Of a stretch of DNA of 45,119 nt, positions 34,670-42,658 are shown piece after piece (the stretch's first letter is position 1; every line of letters starts with the position of its first letter). The DNA comes from Dhillonvirus LM40P1. The translations under genes and the position numbers were made by a program. The DNA lies in the sequence record OZ035746.1. One strand, given 5' to 3'. Below the pieces are notes generated by a model. The model made no database searches and was not told where the DNA came from. It saw only the letters and a program-made list of their open reading frames with translations.

Positions 34670-36092
34670 CGCCCAAATCCTCGTCGCTTGCTTCTTGCCA
34701 TTCCGGGCGCGGGTCGTCAACTGGTGCCAGGACCGGTTTCGCCGGCGCACGCGTGATTTTATCTTGCAGTTTCGCCCACACTTTCGGTTTCTCATCCTTC
34801 AGCACCTTCTCGGCATCAGTAGGGCTGATTAATGATTCCTTGTACATCAGGTTGCGCTTGATCCGGGCCGTTGTGAATACGGCGATAACTTCGCTTTCAT
34901 CCTTCCACTTACGCGCACCTTCACGACCAGCTACCAGCTTCAGGCCCAGCGCTTCGCCGTCACCGGCTAACACTGCTTTGAATACGGCAGCCTCGATCGC
35001 TTTGATGTGCTGGCGCATGGTTTCCAGGCCGTCGTAAGCCTTCTTCAGTTCTTCCGTGGTCATAGCACCGGCTGGCGCTTCTTTCTTTCCACGCTTCGCA
35101 CGTCGGGCAGCTTTCCGGGCTTCGAGGTCCATGTTCTGGTCGTGGTTTTTGCATTCTTCCTCGGCGTCAATGCTTACATCGTCGCCCAGGTCTTCGTTGG
35201 TTGCCGTTGGTGGCGTCATTGTGTCGATGGCGGCTTTAGCGCGGGCACTACATTGGTCCGCAAATCGACACCACTGACACGCATCGGCGCTCGGACGGAA
35301 GTCTGCACGGGTGAGATTCTTCTTACCCTTAGCGAGGGCATCCAGGGCGGCTACTGCGCGTTTTGCTGCGTACTTGGCGAAGATTTCCAGTGCTTCCACC
35401 GAAATATCCCACTCCGACGCCCCGCCGCAATACGGCTGGAATATGACCAAGCGCACGGTTGTTATGTCGTACATCTTTTGCAGCTTGCGCAGCAGTCCGA
35501 GCGCATACAGCATAAGCTGTTTGTTCTCTTTCGCCTCGACCTTATGGCGTCCGGTCTTCAGGTCGCCCACAATGAGCATGTACGTGCCGTCGGTCTTCTT
35601 CATTACCATAACCATATCGGCAGTACCGAAGGTCTTGATCGCTTCGCCGTCAATCTCGTAGCCTTTGTGCAGGACGCGAGTCAGATCCGCGCGCATCTCA
35701 AGCTGGACAAACTCGGCAACTTCAAGCAGCGGTCGCCAGTGGTCGATGTACGCGTCGCACTGTTTCACCATGTCGTCAGTTACCAGGATGGCGTCCTTAG
35801 GTGCTTTCGCTGCCGCTTTAACTGGTCCTTTACCCTGATTTTCGACGTAGCACCCTTTATATGTCTTCGCCGTGATGTGGTCTTCGCCTGCAATGATGCG
35901 GTTTAGTACCACTTCAGATACGGTGTGCATACTCGTACCGTTGATCGCGGCTTGCCCGGATTCGTTCGGAATACCTTTCTCCACCACCAGGGCGGCGGGA
36001 CACCCCATCCATTTTTTAGCGCCGGATGGGCCGAGTAATGAGTGTTCTGTATTACTGCCGGATTGCGTCTTGCGCTTCGCTTTGATAGCCAT
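34662..36092 (-). CDS. PD-(D/E)xK exonuclease, Cas4/DUF2800-like, with charged C-terminal extension
   Basis: 476-aa ORF; nuclease core GTADMVMVMKKTDGTYMLIVGDLKTG and QLMLYAL; Cas4-type Cys arrangement (N-terminal C plus CQWCRFADQC). Confidence 0.55.
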   Translation of the reverse strand: MAIKAKRKTQSGSNTEHSLLGPSGAKKWMGCPAALVVEKGIPNESGQAAINGTSMHTVSEVVLNRIIAGEDHITAKTYKGCYVENQGKGPVKAAAKAPKDAILVTDDMVKQCDAYIDHWRPLLEVAEFVQLEMRADLTRVLHKGYEIDGEAIKTFGTADMVMVMKKTDGTYMLIVGDLKTGRHKVEAKENKQLMLYALGLLRKLQKMYDITTVRLVIFQPYCGGASEWDISVEALEIFAKYAAKRAVAALDALAKGKKNLTRADFRPSADACQWCRFADQCSARAKAAIDTMTPPTATNEDLGDDVSIDAEEECKNHDQNMDLEARKAARRAKRGKKEAPAGAMTTEELKKAYDGLETMRQHIKAIEAAVFKAVLAGDGEALGLKLVAGREGARKWKDESEVIAVFTTARIKRNLMYKESLISPTDAEKVLKDEKPKVWAKLQDKITRAPAKPVLAPVDDPRPEWQEASDEDLGDE

Positions 36093-36280
36093 TATTCGAC
36101 CCTCGTAAATTGAGCAATATAATAATCATGCTTAATTCCTGCTTTCGCCGCGGCGTTATTCATTGTCGCTGCCAGTTCTTTCGCTTGCATCCAGCAACAA
36201 TTCCAGTTCTGATTCATAATTATTTCCGGCTGTTCGTCGCCGGTGTTACAGCAGCGAAATAAAACAAAGAAAATACTCAT
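36092..36280 (-). CDS. small Cys-rich hypothetical protein (62 aa)
   Basis: ORF 36092..36295 (TTG); ATG 36280 in TAATG overlap with the upstream gene; CC...CC motif. Confidence 0.35.
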   Translation of the reverse strand: MSIFFVLFRCCNTGDEQPEIIMNQNWNCCWMQAKELAATMNNAAAKAGIKHDYYIAQFTRVE

Positions 36281-36531
36281 TATGGCGTCTCCCAACGGTC
36301 AATAGTTTTTGCTTCAGATCCAACTGCAAAGCGAACATATTCATGATTCGAGTCCGCCCATAAATAAAAGTCTGGATTAGCGAAGGTCGTGCGTTTAATT
36401 TGTGCCGGTGTTTCCCGCTTCTTACTAATTACGGCAACGCGCGATTGAAATGGGCCGGTGCGCTCAAATAGCCAGTAATACGGGCGCTGGTCGCGCGAGT
36501 CTACCGCTTCAATTAATGTGAATCGTGCCAT
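36280..36531 (-). CDS. hypothetical protein (83 aa)
   Basis: ATG 36531, second gene of the early minus-strand operon. Confidence 0.4.
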   Translation of the reverse strand: MARFTLIEAVDSRDQRPYYWLFERTGPFQSRVAVISKKRETPAQIKRTTFANPDFYLWADSNHEYVRFAVGSEAKTIDRWETP

Positions 36532-36545
36532 TGTCTCGTCTCTTT

Positions 36546-36572
36546 AAAAAGAGGCCCGCAGAATAGCGGGCC
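36546..36572 (-). terminator. intrinsic terminator (minus strand) after the first early gene
   Basis: GGCCCGC-UAUUCU-GCGGGCC hairpin followed by a T-rich run on the minus strand. Confidence 0.55.
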
Positions 36573-36579
36573 GGGAATA

Positions 36580-37083
36580 TTAGTCTTCCAGTTCGAAATA
36601 AGTTTCGACAATTTCTTTCAAGTCGTGGTGGAAGTCTTCCACGTCTTCGTCGTCCAGTTTAGCGACGGACTTGATTTCGTACGACTCCAGCAGGTCGTCA
36701 AATTCGTCGTTAGCATCGTCATCGTCGCCGCCTGCAATGATTGCCGCGTATTGTGCAATTTCATCGCGCATTTCTTTCAGCGGATCGGCGTCTTTCTTAG
36801 CCTTCCCTTTGCCCTTGCCTTTGGCTGGCTTTTCTTCCGGTTCGTCTTCGTCGTCGTCATCTTCTACAACTTCTTTTTTCGCCTTGCCCTTAGCCGTGGA
36901 CTTCTTAGCTGGCTTCTTATCTTCCTGCTCGTCATCTTCGTCTTTGGCTTCTTCTTTCTTAGCCTTAGACGGTTTCTTATCTTCCTGCTTACCAACGGCA
37001 GCGCCCTGGGTTTCGTAATGTTTAGCGATGGTTTCCAGTGCTACTACGCCGCGAGTAATCAGATTCAGGATTTGCTCAAACAT
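36580..37083 (-). CDS. acidic low-complexity protein (167 aa), first gene of the early minus-strand operon
   Basis: ORF 36580..37320; ATG 37083 with GGAGA RBS, about 40 nt downstream of a TTGACA-N18-TATTAT promoter; Lys-rich and Asp/Glu-rich blocks; very acidic C-terminus. Confidence 0.5.
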   Translation of the reverse strand: MFEQILNLITRGVVALETIAKHYETQGAAVGKQEDKKPSKAKKEEAKDEDDEQEDKKPAKKSTAKGKAKKEVVEDDDDEDEPEEKPAKGKGKGKAKKDADPLKEMRDEIAQYAAIIAGGDDDDANDEFDDLLESYEIKSVAKLDDEDVEDFHHDLKEIVETYFELED

Positions 37084-37130
37084 GGTGTGTCTCCGTTTAG
37101 TTAAAAGTGAATGTCGTTTCGACGAGGTGA

Positions 37131-37160
37131 ATAATAGATTGGTTGCAGGAGGGGTGTCAA
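37131..37160 (-). promoter_or_regulatory. strong sigma70-like early promoter (TTGACA-N18-TATTAT)
   Basis: Minus-strand reading: TTGACA (37160..37155), 18-nt spacer containing CTGCAACCAATC, TATTAT (37136..37131). Confidence 0.5.
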
Positions 37161-37170
37161 CAACTAATTT

Positions 37171-37204
37171 AAAAAAAAATCCCCGAAGCAAAACGCAACG
37201 GGGA
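37171..37204 (-). terminator. intrinsic terminator (minus strand) immediately upstream of the early promoter
   Basis: Minus-strand UCCCCG-UUGCGUUUUGCUU-CGGGGA hairpin followed by nine U (plus-strand A-run 37171-37179). Confidence 0.5.
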
Positions 37205-37274
37205 TAACCATAAGAGACAATGAGACTGGTTTTATTATTACACGCGCGCGCACCCGTTTCAATATACAAAACAG

Positions 37275-37303
37275 TTGACACCGGTTTGATTTGGGTGTAG
37301 TTT
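37275..37303 (+). promoter_or_regulatory. candidate sigma70 promoter TTGACA-N17-TAGTTT for the plus-strand early operon
   Basis: Consensus -35 at 37275-37280; -10-like TAGTTT at 37298-37303; about 30 nt upstream of the ATG at 37334. Confidence 0.4.
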
Positions 37304-37333
37304 CTCTGGTCATTAACCAACAGGAGACGGATT

Positions 37334-37663
37334 ATGAATATTAATGACGCAATCGAGATGTTAACTAATGCTGTGAGCGGTGAAACCAGCAGGTCCTGGG
37401 CTTACACAGATGCCGTTGGTGAGGTGCTATTTGAGATCGAACGCCTGCGCACAGTCGAGAAAGCGCTTACCGCCAAACTTGAATTGCTGAACGGTACGGC
37501 AGCGAGCAAGCTGCAAAAGCATAACGAAGAAATGGAAGAATACAAAAAGCAGGTTATCCAATTGCGCAATGAGGGTAAGTCCTGGGCAATGATTGCCGAG
37601 CTAACAGGCATTAATCAAAGCACTGTACGCTCCTGGGTACGCAATGCTAAAACCGCTAAGTAA
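37334..37663 (+). CDS. HTH DNA-binding protein (putative transcriptional regulator)
   Basis: 109-aa ORF with GGAGA RBS; C-terminal HTH-like SWAMIAELTGINQSTVRSWVRNAK. Confidence 0.45.
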   Translation: MNINDAIEMLTNAVSGETSRSWAYTDAVGEVLFEIERLRTVEKALTAKLELLNGTAASKLQKHNEEMEEYKKQVIQLRNEGKSWAMIAELTGINQSTVRSWVRNAKTAK

Positions 37664-37675
37664 GGACTTGAGACG

Positions 37676-39940
37676 ATGAGAAATATAGAATTTGCGATCA
37701 CACCTCCGGCAAAAAGGGGTGAATCAGCGGTAGCCCATAACCAATCCATGACTACCGCCGAGTTTTTCGAGTTTATGCTGGATGCGCCGGTAGTATCGTC
37801 AGTTTGCATTAACGGTACTGAAGATAAAAAAGAATATGCGCGACGTAAGCGTAAAGGCGACGGCATTGTGGCTACAACCGCCGATGGCACGCGTAAAAAG
37901 ACTGGCGTGGTTAGCCGCTCGATCCTGTTCTTCGACCTGGACCGTGCTGACAACCGCACACTTACCCGCTGCCGCAGGGCTTTCCGTAAGTCCGGCCTGG
38001 AATATGTCTACCACACCACCACCGGCGACCGCCACCCGTTGAAAGACGGCAAGCGCTGTGTGCGTTTCCTGGTGCTGACAAACAAGCCAGTTCCGGCGGA
38101 AGACTTGGGTCGCGCGCAGGCTGCACTGCTTGAGCAACTGGGTCTTACCGACGCGGGCTTTGATGACTGCTCGAAAGACACAAACCGCCTTATGTACCTG
38201 CCCCACCAGCAGGCTAAGGTCGAGTGTCATGAGGGTGAACGCGCTAACGTGCGTCGTCTGCTTCGCCTGGCTGACAAGATGGGTATTGAGCAGGAAACGT
38301 TTCGCCGTGAACTGGTGCAGGGCGACGACGAGCAGATGAACGGCATCCTCGACTGGTGTTTCCAGGCTGGTTTTGAGCCGTTACCATCCGGGCGCGGTTA
38401 TGAAGTACCGTGCCCAAACGAACATCTGCACTCTGGTGAAGGGTCTACCGCTATCATGCTTAAGGATGGCGAGATTCGTTTCAAATGTATGCACACCGGC
38501 AACGGATGCTGTTCTGAACTGAACAAACACCAACACCTGGCGCTGCGAATGATTGGTATCCCGGATATTTATAACGTGGAACCTCACAACATGTCGCGCA
38601 AACAGATCTCGGCAATCCTGCCCGGACTGGACGATGAAGAAGTGGACGCGCAGTATGAGCACATGGTCGATCTGGTTGGCGAAGGGGAGGATTATGCGTC
38701 CTGTACTGACGCAGACCTGGAAGACGAACCAACGGCACTGTTCTCTAAACACGACCCGATCATCGAAGGTCTGATTAACTTTAAATCGACCTGGTACGCA
38801 GCGGGTGAGTCGAACATTGGTAAGTCCTTCTTCGTCCTGGGTCAGATGGCTGCCGTTGCCGCTGGCATCCCGTTCGGCGGCGCGAAGGTCGTCCAGTCCC
38901 ATTGCTTCTACTTCGATGCGGAAGGTGGCGAGGCGTCCCACCAGCGTAAAGAAGCGTTGCAGATTAAATATGAGCACGACCTGGACAAGCTGCACATTAT
39001 CGACCTTCAGGCACGCGGCTGGGATATTACGAGCAAGTCCGGCCTGCGTGAAGTCATCAGCTTTATCAACCGCACCGCGGATGGGGAACCGGTCGGCCTG
39101 GTGGCGTTCGACTCCCTTAACCAGACCGTGGCCCTGCGCTCGGCAGATGCCAAACCGTTCGACGAGAACAACGCAAGCGATATGGGTGAGATTGTCAAAG
39201 CGCTGAAGTCCATTGCGGAAAACACAGGAGGCAGTGCGGGCGTCATTCACCACCCGGCGAAGGGTGCAAACGGCAGCCGATCCCCGCGTGGATCCGGTGC
39301 GCTACATGGCGCGGTGGATTCTGCATTCTTCCTGGAACAGCCAGACGAGAATCAGCCAGGCCAGCTTAACCTCTATCATGAGAAAGCCCGTAACGGCGTG
39401 AAACAGGGTCCGCGCGGCTTCGTGCTACTGAAGTGCAAAGTGTCCATTAACGAGCGCAAGTCCGACTCGTTCGAAGCACACCAGTCTACCAATCCGGGGC
39501 CAGACTTCGGCGATGTGGTTGCCGGTTGGGACGTAAAACCGATCCAGGCCACACCGCGCGACGAGACTCTGTACCTTGTTCCGGTAGCTCTGGCCCCGTT
39601 TGCTATCGAACAGGCTAAGGCGGCAGGCAAGCAGGCTGTTAAGGAAGAAAACCCCGCCGGTCCGCGCAATGAAAAAGAGAAAGTGCTTTACGCAGCGCTC
39701 GAAGCGTTGATGGAAGAGAATCCGGGACACCATGGCTTCAGCAAATCGGCAATCGTCCGCAAAGCCGGACTGGCGAAAGGTGGCACATCGACGAAGCCAA
39801 TAGACGATATGCGTGAGCGCGGAATCATCGGCTTTTACAAAGACCCTGACACCGGGGCCATTTACGGGTCGTCGAATCTGGTTATCAATTCACAAATACC
39901 TATGCAATTGACGGCGACGGATGATGATTTGAAAGATTAA
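37676..39940 (+). CDS. DNA primase-helicase (AEP-type primase-like N-terminus plus RecA/DnaB-like ATPase)
   Basis: 754-aa ORF; N-terminal FFDLDRAD motif; ATPase Walker A GESNIGKS and Walker B-like VAFDSL. Confidence 0.65.
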   Translation: MRNIEFAITPPAKRGESAVAHNQSMTTAEFFEFMLDAPVVSSVCINGTEDKKEYARRKRKGDGIVATTADGTRKKTGVVSRSILFFDLDRADNRTLTRCRRAFRKSGLEYVYHTTTGDRHPLKDGKRCVRFLVLTNKPVPAEDLGRAQAALLEQLGLTDAGFDDCSKDTNRLMYLPHQQAKVECHEGERANVRRLLRLADKMGIEQETFRRELVQGDDEQMNGILDWCFQAGFEPLPSGRGYEVPCPNEHLHSGEGSTAIMLKDGEIRFKCMHTGNGCCSELNKHQHLALRMIGIPDIYNVEPHNMSRKQISAILPGLDDEEVDAQYEHMVDLVGEGEDYASCTDADLEDEPTALFSKHDPIIEGLINFKSTWYAAGESNIGKSFFVLGQMAAVAAGIPFGGAKVVQSHCFYFDAEGGEASHQRKEALQIKYEHDLDKLHIIDLQARGWDITSKSGLREVISFINRTADGEPVGLVAFDSLNQTVALRSADAKPFDENNASDMGEIVKALKSIAENTGGSAGVIHHPAKGANGSRSPRGSGALHGAVDSAFFLEQPDENQPGQLNLYHEKARNGVKQGPRGFVLLKCKVSINERKSDSFEAHQSTNPGPDFGDVVAGWDVKPIQATPRDETLYLVPVALAPFAIEQAKAAGKQAVKEENPAGPRNEKEKVLYAALEALMEENPGHHGFSKSAIVRKAGLAKGGTSTKPIDDMRERGIIGFYKDPDTGAIYGSSNLVINSQIPMQLTATDDDLKD

Positions 39941-39945
39941 TTTTT

Positions 39946-40028
39946 GCGCGCATTGGTTGCCAATATGGTTAATTTGTGCGCGCATTGGTTGCCAGATTGG
40001 GCATTAAATCTATATCGCATTGGTTGCC
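39946..40028 (+). repeat. three direct iterons GCGCGCATTGGTTGCC(A)
   Basis: 39946-39962 and 39978-39994 are identical 17-mers; a shorter third copy TCGCATTGGTTGCC lies at 40015-40028; spacing about 32 and 35 bp. Confidence 0.65.
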
Positions 40029-40065
40029 GTGTAGTGCTAAATAAGTGAATAGTTATGCAAAATAA

Positions 40066-40244
40066 GTGCATAAAACAAACGGGACAAAAACGGGACAAAC
40101 GACAAACGGGACAAAACGGGACGTCCCGCCGTCCCCCTCAGGAGTGGCGCGGGTTTGAGGCAAACGGGACAAGCGGGACAGACCACAGTCTTTCAGACTA
40201 GACGGGGGGTATTGTCCCCCCTCCGTCTGAGACTGCATAAAATC
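40066..40244. repeat. non-coding repeat module, copy B
   Basis: GTGCATAAAACAAACGGGACAAAAACGGGACAA..., GGGACGTCCCGCC at 40119-40131, hairpin CAGTCTTTCAGACTAGACGGGGGG...CCCCCCTCCGTCTGAGACTG; same order and orientation as 11603-11771. Confidence 0.7.
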
Positions 40245-40394
40245 TCTGGTTGCATAATCAACGGCAGCATAGTGAAAAATGCGGCGGGGGTAGATCTCGG
40301 CAACCAATGCGAGTTGAAGAGTGGAGAGTGAAAAATGCAGTTTGCAATTGCAACTCATAGCGATCAGCATTTTCATGCGCGTGATTAATATTGG

Positions 40395-40423
40395 TTGCAT
40401 TCGTCCTGCCAGGGTGTTAGATT
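40395..40423 (+). promoter_or_regulatory. promoter of the recurring family, plus orientation (TTGCAT-N17-TAGATT)
   Basis: ATTGGTTGCAT at 40390-40400 and TAGATTGGTTGCA at 40418-40430; about 30 nt upstream of the ATG at 40452. Confidence 0.4.
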
Positions 40424-40451
40424 GGTTGCACACCAACATGAGGACTGAACG

Positions 40452-40757
40452 ATGAGAGCATTAATCTGGAATTACACAATGGCTGTGGCGAAGCTGTACG
40501 AAGCGAAGCACACAAACGGCAACGCAGACGACGCGCGCCAGGCTGTCATCCTGGCCCAGCAGGGAATCATGAACGCGTTCGACGATATGTTTGCCAGCCT
40601 GGACGAACTGGAACCGCTGCGCGTGGCAATCTGCGAATATGCGATGGCATTTGCCCGTGAACGCCTGGCATACCGGTTTGGTATCGGGGAAACGGCAGTG
40701 GCTAACATCGCCCGCATTCAGGCCCAGCGTGAGCTGCACGCCATACTCGCGAAATAA
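40452..40757 (+). CDS. hypothetical protein (101 aa)
   Basis: GAGGA RBS; first gene after the repeat region. Confidence 0.45.
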   Translation: MRALIWNYTMAVAKLYEAKHTNGNADDARQAVILAQQGIMNAFDDMFASLDELEPLRVAICEYAMAFARERLAYRFGIGETAVANIARIQAQRELHAILAK

Positions 40758-40766
40758 GGGGCCAAA

Positions 40767-41036
40767 ATGACACGCAGACGCGCTCAATGGCTTTCATGGC
40801 ACATTCCCCTACATAGCATCCGTTTATGGGCGCAGAACGCGATTGAGGGCGATTCTGTGTTCTGGAGCTATCGGGATGACGTCAAGCCGCTGACGCAGAC
40901 CAGAAAGCTGCACCAGTTCATGAACGAACACGGACTGCCGGTGAAAACATCATTGCAACCAATCGGCATCCGTATTACATTACGCCGTAAGCCAATCGTT
41001 GAGCAGGTTGGAAAACACAGGAGACTGACAAAATGA
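40767..41036 (+). CDS. hypothetical protein (89 aa, basic)
   Basis: AAGGGG RBS. Confidence 0.45.
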   Translation: MTRRRAQWLSWHIPLHSIRLWAQNAIEGDSVFWSYRDDVKPLTQTRKLHQFMNEHGLPVKTSLQPIGIRITLRRKPIVEQVGKHRRLTK

Positions 41037-41629
41037 AATTGATCTTCCGCCATAAACATAATGGGCGATTCCTTACCCCAATCCAGGTGCTGCCGAACTA
41101 TGTGCGCCTGCACCACGAAGCCAGCGACCGCGTATTCTGGTTTAAGAAAGCCACTCTGCCGAAATATTTGCAGGTTGTGCATCATGACGTCCGCGTCGGC
41201 GATGTGCTGAGGGATATTCGGGACGGTGCGCTGTTCGTAGTCCAGCGTGTGACTACCTTCGGCGTTGTACTGCAATGCGGAGCGATCCGACGCCGTCTAT
41301 TTTCTGTCGGCCTGGTGAACTACACTCGCGTGGGCCGGAACTATGTGCCTAAGCAGTTCAAGCGCTACGACGCCAACCAGGTGCAAGCGAAGATGGGTCG
41401 CGCCGTACACAAAATCGTCAATCGCTTTGATGCCGTGACGAACGCACAGCGCCATGCGCAGGAATACGGTGTGGGATTCATCCGGGTAGAACGAGACGGC
41501 AGTATGACGTCCATCGACCCGCGCTCGACCCAACTGAAGATAGTCGAAGTGAGCAAATGTTGCCGGGCAGAAGTTGTGCGCGACCCCGGCGGGCAAGCCT
41601 TCTGTCGCGAGTGTGCGGGTGTGATATGA
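41033..41629 (+). CDS. hypothetical protein (198 aa) with C-terminal Cys cluster
   Basis: ATGA overlap with the upstream gene; C-terminal CCRAEVVRDPGGQAFCREC. Confidence 0.45.
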   Translation: MKLIFRHKHNGRFLTPIQVLPNYVRLHHEASDRVFWFKKATLPKYLQVVHHDVRVGDVLRDIRDGALFVVQRVTTFGVVLQCGAIRRRLFSVGLVNYTRVGRNYVPKQFKRYDANQVQAKMGRAVHKIVNRFDAVTNAQRHAQEYGVGFIRVERDGSMTSIDPRSTQLKIVEVSKCCRAEVVRDPGGQAFCRECAGVI

Positions 41630-41766
41630 GCGCCGTGATTCGTGATTTGTTGATGCATAACCGCTTTGAGATTGGCGGTCGTGTATTCCGTAACTACTTC
41701 GTTGCGCGCGCCTGGGCGCGCCATATTGGCAAACCGGAGAGTGAAATTAAATGCTACACGATGTGA
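41626..41766 (+). CDS. small hypothetical protein (46 aa)
   Basis: ATG 41626 in ATGA overlap with the upstream stop; lies within ORF 41557..41766. Confidence 0.3.
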   Translation: MSAVIRDLLMHNRFEIGGRVFRNYFVARAWARHIGKPESEIKCYTM

Positions 41767-42038
41767 TGTTTTGGTTTGGTATATTCTGCGCCATATTGCT
41801 GGTTGGCGCTGTCACCCTGGTTATTGCAGTCTGGTTTATATGGCCTGCCGTTGAGGCCGTGAGCATTACCCGCATGACCTTCGCCTACTACAAGAAACAC
41901 GGCATCACGCAACATTCCAGCAGGCTTAGGGTGTGGTGGCTGTGGTATCGCGATATGCTCGGAGGCAGGCGGTTCGAGGCCATCAGGTCACACGGTTGGG
42001 AATGGCAAGGCGTAGGACGCTGGTCAATTTCAGAATAA
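41751..42038 (+). CDS. small membrane protein (95 aa)
   Basis: Two hydrophobic helices (FWFGIFCAILLVGAVTLVIAVWFIW); overlaps the upstream ORF. Confidence 0.4.
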   Translation: MLHDVMFWFGIFCAILLVGAVTLVIAVWFIWPAVEAVSITRMTFAYYKKHGITQHSSRLRVWWLWYRDMLGGRRFEAIRSHGWEWQGVGRWSISE

Positions 42039-42058
42039 TTATGCAGTCGTGATATAGT

Positions 42059-42092
42059 CCCCAGTGAGGTTTAATCTTACTGGGGCTTTTTT
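42059..42092 (+). terminator. intrinsic terminator directly before the holin gene
   Basis: CCCCAGT...ACTGGGG stem followed by TTTTTT, then ATG 42093. Confidence 0.55.
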
Positions 42093-42395
42093 ATGGAAGT
42101 TTTCCACAAATTAGATGAATGGGTAATTATCGCCGCTGCCGGGGTGGCGGGTGGCTTCGTAGGTGCGCGTATGCACCCGGAAGCTGCACAAGGACCGGTA
42201 AACTTTGTGCTGTTCGTCGTCGTTGGCTTCCTGTGTGCTGTATTTGGTGCACCAGCCATCGCCGAACTGACCGGCTTGACCAGTCAGCGCATGATCGCAG
42301 GTCTTGGATTCGTAACGGCAATCTTCTGGATGCCGATTGCGGCACGGATCCGAGAGCTAATCGCTAATGCCCGCTTTCCGGGAGGTGCCAAATGA
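42093..42395 (+). CDS. holin (putative, multi-TM)
   Basis: 100-aa protein with about three hydrophobic helices; directly upstream of a second membrane protein and the endolysin. Confidence 0.5.
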   Translation: MEVFHKLDEWVIIAAAGVAGGFVGARMHPEAAQGPVNFVLFVVVGFLCAVFGAPAIAELTGLTSQRMIAGLGFVTAIFWMPIAARIRELIANARFPGGAK

Positions 42396-42658
42396 TTTTC
42401 GGCGTCGATGTTTGTGCGTGGTTTGGCGTTATGTTCTTCCTCATCGTCGGCGTGTCGTCGCTGTACAACGTCTACGCCGCATCCGTGAATGACGGCCTTG
42501 TTGGTCGTGTGCTCTATCTCTTAACGGCAGTCTTCTGCGTGGTCGGCTTGATGCAAACCGGGCATGTGGAGAACGCCACTATCAACGCCATTTGCTGGCT
42601 GTTTGCATTGCGCACCCTGCGCAATGCTGTTTTGAAAGGTGTAAAACATGCAATTTAG
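42392..42658 (+). CDS. second holin-like membrane protein (holin or antiholin)
   Basis: 88-aa protein with two or three TM helices; ATGA overlap with the holin; overlaps the endolysin start. Confidence 0.4.
   Translation: MIFGVDVCAWFGVMFFLIVGVSSLYNVYAASVNDGLVGRVLYLLTAVFCVVGLMQTGHVENATINAICWLFALRTLRNAVLKGVKHAI

Noticed and set aside
37180-37204. Plus-strand terminator at the hairpin in the early control region
   Set aside because: On the plus strand the hairpin is preceded, not followed, by the A/T run. It only makes a terminator on the minus strand.
40053-40439. Minus-strand ORF (128 aa) across repeat module B and the promoter region
   Set aside because: It spans repeats and promoter elements, runs antisense to the surrounding plus-strand unit, and has no RBS.
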